Origin: an uncultured Deferribacteraceae bacterium
Lineage (GTDB): Bacteria; Chrysiogenota; Deferribacteres; CAMZNJ01
DNA: 64,000 nucleotides
Direction of reading: 5' to 3'
Assembly: GCA_947313825.1 (NCBI GenBank)
Contig: CAMZNJ010000055.1
Location: 480-64,479, forward strand
Under the pieces are notes generated by a model. That model saw only the letters and a program-made list of their open reading frames with translations. It was not told where the DNA came from and did no database searches. Shown here piece by piece: positions 47,752 through 57,563 of this stretch; within the stretch, counting starts at the first letter, position 1, and each line of letters starts with the position of its first letter. Position numbers and translations under genes: made by a program.

Positions 47752-49260
47752 GTGCTGACTATGGACATGGACATAGACATGGACAACAACCCAAACCGCA
47801 ACAAACAACAAAACAGCATGGAACAAAACCTCATCATCATGGTGTACTCTGTGTACTACCTTTCACGAAAAGTATTCCGATCACACCGCAAAGAACGACA
47901 CATATCCGAATACATCTGCGTTGCCCTGAAAAAGAAATACAACTCCATACCAAACAAAGACGACTTCATCATCGACCTCGTCAACAACATACAATCCCAA
48001 GGGATGACCGAAAAAGAACTACTCTCCAAACTACTCGAACTCACATTCGAAATGGGGGAACCACAACGCGAAAAAATACTCAGTATCGCCGAAAACCTCG
48101 TAACCTTTGCACACGGACAAGAACTCAACCGCATTCACGACGCCTTCAACATCGAACGAAAAATCTCATACCAAATAAAATCCTCAGTAATGAGTGGCAT
48201 CACTGAAAACGCCGGTATCCGTGGCATCATCATGGCAGCACTAACCGTAACTTTCACACTAATCGCCATCACCATGCCCGTTGTAGGGATACTACTCGAC
48301 GACGACGAGGCTATCCCAGCAGTAAGCCTCGTCCACGCCACAGGGAACACCACGGCGAACACCACAGACGAACAGGCACGCAACGCCATATACCCAGTGT
48401 TACAGCGTATCGAGTTCGATAAGTTCATCATCAACGGCGTTCTGTCCCAAGACAATATTGCCTCAGCAACAACCAACAGCTCTGTTTACAATATTCAAGG
48501 CTATGCGGACATATCCATCGACCTGCACGAGTTTAGCTACCTCAACTCAGTCGTATCCCACAAATCAGACCTCAACCTAGTCCCATTTCGCATCAAAGTT
48601 ACCATCGATAACACAACCCTTACCAGAGTGGGTTTCGCCCAAAGCTACATCGAGCCCAATACGGGGAAAACAGTAAGCTCCCTGCCCCTGCAAACCTTTA
48701 GCACACCCGATGGTTGGCTTCGGCTACAACCCAAAAGGTTGCGTACACAGACCACAGAAGAGACGCAAAACAGTACCGCTGACACACCCGACACACCCGA
48801 CACACCCGACACACCCGACACCAAAAACATTAGCAATATACAGTACACCTCTACTAGCTCCTTGTTCTATCAGATTAGCGACCATTCAAAAATTATTCAC
48901 TACCTCGCACCAGTACCAAACACAGCCAACACAGCCAACACAGCCAACACAGCCACGAACACCACTGCAAACGTAAACACATCCAACACTACCGAACAAA
49001 GCACCATCCTTGCCACCCCCTCTACCTCTGCCATAAACTACCTTGTCGTTAATACAGTTTTGTCGTCCGATACAGTTGCCGCATCCGAGTACGGTGCAAG
49101 CCTCGCAATCGACGTCAACAGGCTCAACGAACAGATAGCCATTAGCCTACTGTCGGACAAGCAGATTTACAGCACCATGGTTGATACTTTAAGGGTATTT
49201 TTGTACACTGAGTATGCTCGCAACGGGCTCTATGTCGGAACCATAAGCCTAAACCCTTAA
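47752..49260 (+). CDS. Hypothetical membrane protein: TerB-like N-domain, one TM, DUF4230-like extracytoplasmic domain
   Basis: Helical N-terminus (EPQREKILSIAENLV..QELNRIHDAF), TM at about aa 155-180, YNIQGYADISIDL motif; start uncertain. Confidence 0.5.
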   Translation: MLTMDMDIDMDNNPNRNKQQNSMEQNLIIMVYSVYYLSRKVFRSHRKERHISEYICVALKKKYNSIPNKDDFIIDLVNNIQSQGMTEKELLSKLLELTFEMGEPQREKILSIAENLVTFAHGQELNRIHDAFNIERKISYQIKSSVMSGITENAGIRGIIMAALTVTFTLIAITMPVVGILLDDDEAIPAVSLVHATGNTTANTTDEQARNAIYPVLQRIEFDKFIINGVLSQDNIASATTNSSVYNIQGYADISIDLHEFSYLNSVVSHKSDLNLVPFRIKVTIDNTTLTRVGFAQSYIEPNTGKTVSSLPLQTFSTPDGWLRLQPKRLRTQTTEETQNSTADTPDTPDTPDTPDTKNISNIQYTSTSSLFYQISDHSKIIHYLAPVPNTANTANTANTATNTTANVNTSNTTEQSTILATPSTSAINYLVVNTVLSSDTVAASEYGASLAIDVNRLNEQIAISLLSDKQIYSTMVDTLRVFLYTEYARNGLYVGTISLNP

Positions 49261-49289
49261 CAACCCCTTGCAACACGGAGACACTTACT

Positions 49290-50873
49290 ATGACGCAACT
49301 AATCTTACGAAAACTATCCTCACCAGTGCTACTTATTTCAGCGTTTGCACTCATGGTTGCCCTATCCTTGCCCCTACAGCAACGTTTGCGTAGTATTCCG
49401 TCCATGTCCCCCATCAATGGCAGTATTCAAAACATGTACAATCAATCTGAGCTCACCCTCGCCCTTACCCAAGTTGATCTGTACCTCGACATCCCCCGCG
49501 TATCACGCATCACACCCTACCTCGTTACCGCCAAAATCGCCACCAAAGGCATTAGCACTCACTACATCACAAATAAAACCGATTCTGAAGCCCCCAAAGA
49601 GCTCGTCATGGTAATACCGCCACCCATCATCAGCGTACTCCCCACCGATAATAGCAATGCCTTCACCATCCGCGAAAGCAACGCCAGTGTTGCCTACCGC
49701 AAAGGGTTATCCGACTTCGGACTCATCTATGCAAAACGCAAAGCCTTGCAAGAAGGGTTACTGGAGCAAGCAAACAGCTACTTGCAAAAACTTGCCACTG
49801 AATCAGAAAAATACAGCAACACCGTAATCCACATCGACACAGACTCATGGGAGACACCCCTGCCTCCTGCAATAAATATCACGGGAACACGCTTCAGCCT
49901 CTACCCCGATCGCAACAGCAACCTCTCCTACAACACCAACTACACCTCCGACAAACTCTCATACTACTTTGCAAATATCACAGACAACACCACCAGCTCC
50001 ACCCTCACCATGTCCCTCTACGACATAGACATAGACATAGACATGGACATGGACACGGACATAGACAAGGCGAACACAGAAACAAACAACACCCCATGGA
50101 CACACAATACTCTACGCACATACGACGGCAAAAACATGATAAGCATATCCTTTACCCCCACAGGGTTTAACGCAATGATAAAGGACGATACCAGAACATA
50201 CCTCCTTGCCGCACAATCCCCCTCCCCCAGCGATTTTTCCAGCTTCCTACCCGTCGCCCTCAACACCATATCTTCTTTGCGAATTAACACCAACCAAACC
50301 AATATCCAAGAAAGTTGTACAGATATTTTTCAAAATAATATTGACGCGTGGTTGAACTCAGACGCGATAAGCATTAACGATTACGTCAAAGGGCTGTTGC
50401 TTTCCAAGTACTTTAATCCCGATAAAATATTTCAAACCGTTGACATTCAGAACACAACAGTGCTATATGATAGTAAAACCTTGGACGAATACCAAGGGAA
50501 CATACGACAACTCACCATACGATTACAAAATATCGGTCAATCCAACGCCCTAACACAGCAGACAGCAAATTTTGCACTTTACAGCAAGAATGCCTTGGCA
50601 AACAACGAAGATATCTATATACTGTTTTTAAAAACAAGGGCTTACGTTTACGTTTACGACAACTCTGGTAATAATATTCTAAATAAAACTATGAACTTTT
50701 ACCAGCTCCCGAACAACTATAAGGTAGTTATTGATAACCAGTCCTCGTGTTCTAGCGGTCGACTCTACAAACACGAAGACGACATGTTCTGCTTTAGCAA
50801 AACATATGTGGCAGACTTTATCGACAAGCTCATCAATGACTCCTTTGTTGCTCTATTTAAATGTGGGTTATAA
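49290..50873 (+). CDS. Hypothetical exported or membrane protein with N-terminal DUF4230-like domain
   Basis: N-terminal TM; SELTLA..VTAKI..VIPPPIISV..AKRKALQEGLLEQANSYL. Confidence 0.55.
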   Translation: MTQLILRKLSSPVLLISAFALMVALSLPLQQRLRSIPSMSPINGSIQNMYNQSELTLALTQVDLYLDIPRVSRITPYLVTAKIATKGISTHYITNKTDSEAPKELVMVIPPPIISVLPTDNSNAFTIRESNASVAYRKGLSDFGLIYAKRKALQEGLLEQANSYLQKLATESEKYSNTVIHIDTDSWETPLPPAINITGTRFSLYPDRNSNLSYNTNYTSDKLSYYFANITDNTTSSTLTMSLYDIDIDIDMDMDTDIDKANTETNNTPWTHNTLRTYDGKNMISISFTPTGFNAMIKDDTRTYLLAAQSPSPSDFSSFLPVALNTISSLRINTNQTNIQESCTDIFQNNIDAWLNSDAISINDYVKGLLLSKYFNPDKIFQTVDIQNTTVLYDSKTLDEYQGNIRQLTIRLQNIGQSNALTQQTANFALYSKNALANNEDIYILFLKTRAYVYVYDNSGNNILNKTMNFYQLPNNYKVVIDNQSSCSSGRLYKHEDDMFCFSKTYVADFIDKLINDSFVALFKCGL

Positions 50874-50910
50874 AAAACCACACCTACTCAAAAAGGGGTT
50901 CACAGGGGTT

Positions 50911-51504
50911 ATGATTCCAGATAATACTGGTGATAAAGCTATCATCGATAAGGTTTTGAGTGGATCAACAAACGATTTTGAGGCACTTGTTTTAAAGTAT
51001 CAAAATCCTTTGCTAGCATTAGTAATGCGAATCACTCGCAATGAAGATGCGTCCAAGGACATTGTGCAGAATAGTTTCGTGGCAGCCTACATCAACCTGA
51101 GGTCCCTCAAAGACCCAAACAGCTTTTACCCATGGTTGAGACGAGTTGCCATCAATAACTCATACTCGTACTTCAGAACCGTCAAACACCAATACTCTTT
51201 CGCCGACGGTGAACATCACGACAACGTCATAAACAGCATTGTCGCAGAGAAAAACCCCGAAGATATTCAAGCAAACACCGACGTGTCCGAAATACTAGAA
51301 GCTATTTACAACACTCTCCCCGAACGGTTGCAAACAGTTTACTACTTACGCGAGGTGGAGGGGTTGTCGTACGAAGAGATAGCCGAAGCACTGTATATCC
51401 CCGTTGGTACGGTGCGTAGCAGGCTGTTCAACGCTAGACGTATTTTTAAAGATAAACTAATAAAAAAAGGAGTTATTTCAGATGCAGCCACCTCGATTAA
51501 GTAG
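50911..51504 (+). CDS. ECF sigma factor (RpoE/SigW-like)
   Basis: FEALVLKYQ, DIVQNSF, FYPWLRRVAIN, EGLSYEEIAE..GTVRSRLFNAR; likely ATG at 50911. Confidence 0.92.
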   Translation: MIPDNTGDKAIIDKVLSGSTNDFEALVLKYQNPLLALVMRITRNEDASKDIVQNSFVAAYINLRSLKDPNSFYPWLRRVAINNSYSYFRTVKHQYSFADGEHHDNVINSIVAEKNPEDIQANTDVSEILEAIYNTLPERLQTVYYLREVEGLSYEEIAEALYIPVGTVRSRLFNARRIFKDKLIKKGVISDAATSIK

Positions 51505-52033
51505 CTGTGAAGAGTACAAACACAACATCTCTACACTCATGGACGACGCATTGACTCAACAGGATGAGGAATCACTGATGCAACACACACAGAGCTGTTC
51601 CCACTGCTTTTCAGAGCTCCAAGCACAAAAACAAATATGTAGTCTCGTGCGTTCTAATATCCATTTCCTTGCCGCAAACCCCATGTCCCAAGAAGAAGGC
51701 ACCTCCATGGCAAGCTCCATTATGGCTCGAATAGCACAGCAAGATAAGGTTATGGACGACTATCGCAAACACCCAGCTAATCACCTTGGCAGACTTAACC
51801 CTAGCCATAACGCCACACAAGGCAACAACAACAATAGCGACAACAGTACCTCTCACCCAAAATATGAATTTCTTTTTAACCCTCGCCCACTAATCATTAC
51901 CTCTGCGGCGAGCCTTTTATTACTTGTGGGGAGCAGTACCAGCATGCTCTACTCGTTCTCCAGCATACAGCACGAGTCTTTAAACGACGGGTCATTGGTT
52001 ATCATGGTGTCGGATATTGATATTGAAAAGTAG
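51482..52033 (+). CDS. Zinc-binding anti-sigma factor (zf-HC2) with C-terminal TM
   Basis: CEEY..HTQSCSHC (HxxxCxxC); TM LIITSAASLLLLVG; overlaps the sigma stop. Confidence 0.85.
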   Translation: MQPPRLSSCEEYKHNISTLMDDALTQQDEESLMQHTQSCSHCFSELQAQKQICSLVRSNIHFLAANPMSQEEGTSMASSIMARIAQQDKVMDDYRKHPANHLGRLNPSHNATQGNNNNSDNSTSHPKYEFLFNPRPLIITSAASLLLLVGSSTSMLYSFSSIQHESLNDGSLVIMVSDIDIEK

Positions 52034-52034
52034 G

Positions 52035-52072
52035 CTAGTCAACAGCTACTAGTCAACAGCTACTAGTCAACA
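52035..52072. repeat. CTAGTCAACAGCTA, about 2.7 copies, right after the anti-sigma stop
   Basis: Direct reading; similar motif at 53791. Confidence 0.85.
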
Positions 52073-52154
52073 ACCGTTGACCCTCGCCCATATTGCCCCA
52101 TACAGCTTCACATTGCCACACCCTTTGTGCCCACGATAATTATTCCCCCATGTC

Positions 52155-52182
52155 TTGCATTTTCCCTTCAGTTTTGTATAAT
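52155..52182 (+). promoter_or_regulatory. Possible sigma70 promoter of degP
   Basis: TTGCAT-16-TATAAT. Confidence 0.45.
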
Positions 52183-52221
52183 AAACCGCACCCTATTTTT
52201 CACTCAGGAGGATATATCACA

Positions 52222-53784
52222 ATGCACACAAACACAAAACCCCCATTGCGTATTCAATACCTTGCGATCCCCATACTTTTAGCCCTAGCCATTATTGTTT
52301 TAGTGGCACTCCAAGGATGCAGTGCCCCGAAACAAACCTCAACAACCACCGACAACCAAAACTCAAATACAGATACACCCACCCTTAACATAGATAACGG
52401 CAACAACGCCCAAGCTAATGTTAACGCTAACACCCCGTACCCTAATTTCGTGGAGATTATCAACAGAACCCGCAACGGCACCGTAAACATCGTCGTAACG
52501 CAAATCGTGGAGCAACAAACCATGTCGAGCCTCTTCGACGGCGTTCCTAACGATTTTTTCGGCGAATTCTTCGGTGAATTCTTCCAACAACCACCCTTCC
52601 CCCAACACCCACAAACACCGCAACCACGCCAATCTCAGTCCCAAGGTTCAGGGTTTGTCATCAACCAAGATGGTTACATCGTTACCAACAACCATGTTGT
52701 GGACAACCAAACTAGCATCGTCGTAACCCTATCCAGCGGCAACGCATACAACGCCACACTCATCGGAACAGACCCCCTCACCGACCTTGCCCTCATCAAA
52801 ATTGAAGCCAACGAAACCCTTACGCCACTACCCCTAGGAGACTCTGACGCCACTAATATCGGCGAATGGGTACTGGCAATCGGCTCACCTTACGGACTCG
52901 ACGCCACTGTTACCGCTGGAATCATCTCCGCAAAGGACAGAAGCATACAAAGCGGACCATTCGACAGCTTCCTGCAAACAGATGCCTCCATCAACCCCGG
53001 TAACTCTGGCGGTCCACTAATCAACATGGCAGGCGAGGTCATCGGCATCAACACCGCAATATTTCGAAGTGCACACGGACTCGGCTTCTCCATACCCATC
53101 AACACGTTCACAACACTAATGCCACAACTACTCAATAACTCTGTTGTACACGGCTGGATAGGTGTTACACTGCAGGAGCTCACCCCCGAACTATCAGCCT
53201 CGTTCAACGTGCCTGAAGGGTACAACAACGCAATTGTTATCGCTGATGTAGTGCCCGGCGATCCCGCTGACAAAAGTGGACTACTACCCGGCGACGTTAT
53301 CCTCGATGTCAACAAAATGCCCGTGAACGGCTTCAGAGGCTTTGCACAAACCGTGGGAAGCACCAAACCGGGCAAAACTGTTGCACTCGGAATACTACGA
53401 AACAACAAACGGATAACAATCAAAGTAACTGTGGGCGAACGACCCGAAACCGCTGGACGAAAAAACAATAACAACAACCCAAACAACAACCAAAACCAAA
53501 ACTCCACAACCGTGGACGGTATATCGGTACAAAATATCGATAACAAAACTGCCGTGGAATACGACGTTAAATACGGCGTTGGCGTATGGGGTGTTGAAGC
53601 CGAATCAAACGCAAGCAGTGTCGGACTAAAAGCAGGGGTAATCATCATGGATATTAATGGCACGAAGATAACCTCTGTTGCAGACTTCAAAGCTGTTTAC
53701 TCCAAAATTAAATCTGGCGATACGGTCAACATGCGTGTTGCCACACCTAGGGGCAAAACCTACATCGCCTACAACAAAGACTAG
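52222..53784 (+). CDS. degP: HtrA/DegP serine protease with 2 PDZ domains, predicted lipoprotein
   Basis: TNNHVV, TDLAL, GNSGGP; LQGC lipobox; AGGAGG SD. Confidence 0.92.
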   Translation: MHTNTKPPLRIQYLAIPILLALAIIVLVALQGCSAPKQTSTTTDNQNSNTDTPTLNIDNGNNAQANVNANTPYPNFVEIINRTRNGTVNIVVTQIVEQQTMSSLFDGVPNDFFGEFFGEFFQQPPFPQHPQTPQPRQSQSQGSGFVINQDGYIVTNNHVVDNQTSIVVTLSSGNAYNATLIGTDPLTDLALIKIEANETLTPLPLGDSDATNIGEWVLAIGSPYGLDATVTAGIISAKDRSIQSGPFDSFLQTDASINPGNSGGPLINMAGEVIGINTAIFRSAHGLGFSIPINTFTTLMPQLLNNSVVHGWIGVTLQELTPELSASFNVPEGYNNAIVIADVVPGDPADKSGLLPGDVILDVNKMPVNGFRGFAQTVGSTKPGKTVALGILRNNKRITIKVTVGERPETAGRKNNNNNPNNNQNQNSTTVDGISVQNIDNKTAVEYDVKYGVGVWGVEAESNASSVGLKAGVIIMDINGTKITSVADFKAVYSKIKSGDTVNMRVATPRGKTYIAYNKD

Positions 53785-53886
53785 CAACAACTAGTCAACA
53801 CTACTGTGGCAGTACCTTTTACCGGGCACTGCCACACACCTAAACACACAGCCAAGTACACAGCCCGACTTACGGGGAGAACACAT

Positions 53887-55578
53887 ATGACAGCACGCCA
53901 ACGCCAACAACAACCCAAACACAAACTCCCCATGCTCTCCACAGTTGCACTTGCTGTTCTCACACTAACCATGCTCCCCCTAATTGTAGGTGCGTGCACC
54001 AAAACCAACAACACAACAACCAAAAACTACAGTACTGAAACCCTAAATATTCGCATCCCACAAGATATGGACACCCTCGATCCCCACAAAGCCTCGTCCG
54101 CAGGCACCAAAGAGGTGATGTTCAACGTTTTTCGCGGACTACTTACGCCAACACCCGACGGCACCCTCGTGGGGGGTATTGCCAGCAACTATAGCGTCAA
54201 CAACAACCGCACACAGTACACATTCCACATTCGACCTAATGTTCTGTTTCACAACGGCAACCCCGTGGAGTCCAAAGATGTTGTCTACAGTTACCGCAGG
54301 CTAATGGGCAGTATCGACCCTAGCATACGTTATAAATCCCTTGATATTGTAACCGGCGTGGAGGCGATCAACACCACCACCGTACGCTTTACCCTATCTG
54401 AGTCCAACAACTCCATCTTAACCGAGTTTACCCGTGCCATTATCCCCGAAAATAGTGGCGATACCATCGGAACCAACCCCATCGGAACAGGACCCTATCG
54501 CTTGCAGAACTACTCCCCAACACAGTTCATTGCCATGGAAGCATTCCCACAGTTTTACCTCGGCGAAGCTCCCATCAAAAACGTTACTTTCCGAATCATC
54601 CCCCACATAACAACCACCATACTTGCCGCCAACAGCCAAAGTAGCAACAGCCTCGACATTATCCCCGACCTACCGTACAACAACTTCGCAATGCTAAACA
54701 TGTCAAACTTCAACAACATTGCCGAAAACCTCAACCTTGTGCAAATACTCGCATACAACCACACGTACGCACCCCTTGCCAACAAAGACGTTCGCATCGC
54801 CATCAGCCAAGCAATCAACAAAACCCGCATCATCGACCTACTCACAAACTCTGAAGGCACCCCCCTAGAATCACACATGACGCCACTCATGGGGGCATAC
54901 TACAACAACTCCATCGCCACACCATACCCATACAACGAAACTGAAGCACTACTCAGCCTCAAACGCTCACCCTACAAAAACGGCTTCAACCTCACAATAA
55001 CTGTCCCCTCCAACTACCAACTACACGTGGACACAGCCGTACTAATCGCCGAAAACCTCAACACAATCGGCATCAACACTACTATCAAAACCGTGGAATG
55101 GGGGGTATGGCTCAACGATGTTTACAAATCGGCAAACTATGAGGCAACCGTTGTGGGCTTTGCAGGGAAACTGGACCCATACCAAACCCTACGCCGATAC
55201 TCATCAACCTACAGCAACAACTTCTTCCACTACAACAACGCTACTTTTGACCAATTAATCAACACCGCACTGCGTGGGAATACCTCCCAAAGCGAAAAAG
55301 CATACCGCGATGCCCAAGGTGTTTTGGCTGAGGATTTAGCCGCATACTTTATCATGGATCCAGCGGTGCACACAGCAGTGCGAAAGGGTATCGCTGGCTG
55401 GACAACCTACCCCATTAGCGTAATCGACGTGTACGCACTCTACAACACCAATGCCATACTCCAAGGATCAAACAGAACCATCACCAACACCAACAGTAAA
55501 ACCTCCAACACCCCTGATGATGCCAACAGCAGTATCGACAACGGGAACCCGCGGGAACCCTCGGGAACCCGCACCTAA
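53887..55578 (+). CDS. Peptide/nickel ABC transporter substrate-binding lipoprotein (family 5)
   Basis: VGAC lipobox, TLDPH, FHNG, PIGTGPY, VRIAISQAIN. Confidence 0.92.
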   Translation: MTARQRQQQPKHKLPMLSTVALAVLTLTMLPLIVGACTKTNNTTTKNYSTETLNIRIPQDMDTLDPHKASSAGTKEVMFNVFRGLLTPTPDGTLVGGIASNYSVNNNRTQYTFHIRPNVLFHNGNPVESKDVVYSYRRLMGSIDPSIRYKSLDIVTGVEAINTTTVRFTLSESNNSILTEFTRAIIPENSGDTIGTNPIGTGPYRLQNYSPTQFIAMEAFPQFYLGEAPIKNVTFRIIPHITTTILAANSQSSNSLDIIPDLPYNNFAMLNMSNFNNIAENLNLVQILAYNHTYAPLANKDVRIAISQAINKTRIIDLLTNSEGTPLESHMTPLMGAYYNNSIATPYPYNETEALLSLKRSPYKNGFNLTITVPSNYQLHVDTAVLIAENLNTIGINTTIKTVEWGVWLNDVYKSANYEATVVGFAGKLDPYQTLRRYSSTYSNNFFHYNNATFDQLINTALRGNTSQSEKAYRDAQGVLAEDLAAYFIMDPAVHTAVRKGIAGWTTYPISVIDVYALYNTNAILQGSNRTITNTNSKTSNTPDDANSSIDNGNPREPSGTRT

Positions 55579-55706
55579 TGGCTAGAGTGGGCACAGTGGC
55601 TAGCCCCATCGGGGGCACACGCCCTGCACACACCGTCGCACACACATTCCACACATTGGCACAAAATAATAACACTTCCCGTAACTTCTGATGTATAATA
55701 CTTACC

Positions 55707-56708
55707 ATGTCTACCCCTACCATACGAATCATAACTAAACTTGTGAAAAACACTCTGGATGCCTTACTGCTACTCCTTGGCGTCAGTGTTGTTGTGTTTT
55801 CGCTCTTGTATCTAACCCCCGGTAATGCCTTGCTCATTCAGGTTGGTGTTGGATCAGATCGTGCCCTCACCGAGTCGTATCAGGCACTGTTTTCCCTCAA
55901 TACTTCACCTGTCATACAGTATTTTGAGTGGTTGCAAGGTCTGTTGCGAGGTAATTTCGGCGTTTCGTACGTTTACCATGCCCCTGTTTTCACCATTGTT
56001 CTCCATGCCTTAGGTGTTACAGCCGCAATTGCTAGTGTTGCAATGATTATTGCTGTTGGCGTATCCTTGCCCCTCGGTCTTTACCTTGGGGGGAGCGGTT
56101 CACAGGTGTTACGTGCTCCCCTTAGTGGTATTATTACCCTTGGCGTGGCTGTTCCGCAATTTTTATGGGGCATACTCCTTCTTTACTTATTCGGCAACGT
56201 GTTTTCCGCTTTTGTACCAGGTGTGTACGCCCCCCTGAGCAGCATTCTCCCCATGGCAATGGCAGGAAGCAGCGGGAACAACGCCATCCCCGCACTAGCA
56301 TACCTCTTAGCACCCGCATTGGCACTCGCCCTGCCCGCCATAGCAATACTCAGCCGGTACACCTACAACTCTGTTCGCGAACTAAACGCACAACCCTTCA
56401 TGCTCGCACTACAGTGTCGTGGCATCGGCGGTTGGCAACTCTTACGTCGCCATACCCTACGCAACCTCCTTGTGGGGTACACCTCGTTCAGTGGCATCCT
56501 CCTCATCGATCTCCTTGCAGGGTCAGTGCTCGTTGAGTACATCTTCAACATTCCGGGGCTAGGCAACACACTCGTTACAGGTATTCATCAGCGAGACACC
56601 CTTCTTGTGCAAGGTGCTGTGCTGTATGTTGCGTTTCTGGTGGTGGTCATCAACAAAATCACCGACGGACTCTACTACATACTCAACCCCAAGCTAAGGA
56701 GAGCCTAA
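55707..56708 (+). CDS. Peptide ABC transporter permease (DppB/OppB-like)
   Basis: PG, QYFEWL..GNFGVS, VEYIFNIPGLG, LNPK. Confidence 0.9.
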   Translation: MSTPTIRIITKLVKNTLDALLLLLGVSVVVFSLLYLTPGNALLIQVGVGSDRALTESYQALFSLNTSPVIQYFEWLQGLLRGNFGVSYVYHAPVFTIVLHALGVTAAIASVAMIIAVGVSLPLGLYLGGSGSQVLRAPLSGIITLGVAVPQFLWGILLLYLFGNVFSAFVPGVYAPLSSILPMAMAGSSGNNAIPALAYLLAPALALALPAIAILSRYTYNSVRELNAQPFMLALQCRGIGGWQLLRRHTLRNLLVGYTSFSGILLIDLLAGSVLVEYIFNIPGLGNTLVTGIHQRDTLLVQGAVLYVAFLVVVINKITDGLYYILNPKLRRA

Positions 56709-57563
56709 ATGCACCACAGCCAAGAATCAGCACACTTACCACCACTCACCCTCGCGTTAGGCATCATCCTTGCAGGCATACCCCTAGCCATGGGACTAAT
56801 CTCACTGCTCTACACACCATTCGAACCCAACCTCATCATCGCAAACGCCGTTTCAGCACCCATAACGCCTACGCACCCCCTTGGAGGCGACTACCTCGGA
56901 CGAGATACACTCAGCAGACTCATGACTGGAGCACGCATCACAATCACGATGGCAACAATGGCAATAACTACTGCAACCATTACCGCTTTTGCCCTCAGTG
57001 CAACATCCGTGGCAGCACTCAACACGCCAACACCATCACGCACAGGACAACTTACACACAAAACAATCACCTTCCTCACAAACACACTAATGGGAATACC
57101 ATCCCTACTACTAGCACTAGCTGTGGTATCTATCCTAGGGGGAGGAATCGCAAACACAACCATCGCCATAACCATCATGCTCGTACCGGGGCTCACAAGA
57201 GTAATGCAGGCAGCTCTAATACAGGTGTACGCTGAAGACTACATCAAAGTAGCCAAAACTTGGGGAGTCAGCAACATCAACATCGCACTCAAACACGCCC
57301 TGCCAAACGCGGCACCAAGCATCATCGTCGCAATACCAATCTACATGAGTGCAGCCATACTCGTCGAAGCAGGACTCAGCTACCTCGGACTCGGCGTAGC
57401 ACCACCAACACCAAGCTGGGGAATAATGCTCAACCAATCAATACCACACATCAACGCACAACCCATGGCAGCCATCGCACCCGCAACAATGATAATCTTC
57501 ACAATACTAGGGCTAAACCTGATTAGCGACGGACTAAACCAAAAACTCAGGGGTAAAAAATGA
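56709..57563 (+). CDS. Peptide ABC transporter permease (DppC/OppC-like)
   Basis: HPLGGDYLGRD, HALPN, EAGLSYLGLG..PSWG. Confidence 0.92.
   Translation: MHHSQESAHLPPLTLALGIILAGIPLAMGLISLLYTPFEPNLIIANAVSAPITPTHPLGGDYLGRDTLSRLMTGARITITMATMAITTATITAFALSATSVAALNTPTPSRTGQLTHKTITFLTNTLMGIPSLLLALAVVSILGGGIANTTIAITIMLVPGLTRVMQAALIQVYAEDYIKVAKTWGVSNINIALKHALPNAAPSIIVAIPIYMSAAILVEAGLSYLGLGVAPPTPSWGIMLNQSIPHINAQPMAAIAPATMIIFTILGLNLISDGLNQKLRGKK

Noticed and set aside
47182..50873. Deaminase plus hypothetical genes as an anti-phage editing system
   Set aside because: The deaminase has canonical TadA length and motifs, and no ATPase, nuclease or mobile context is present.
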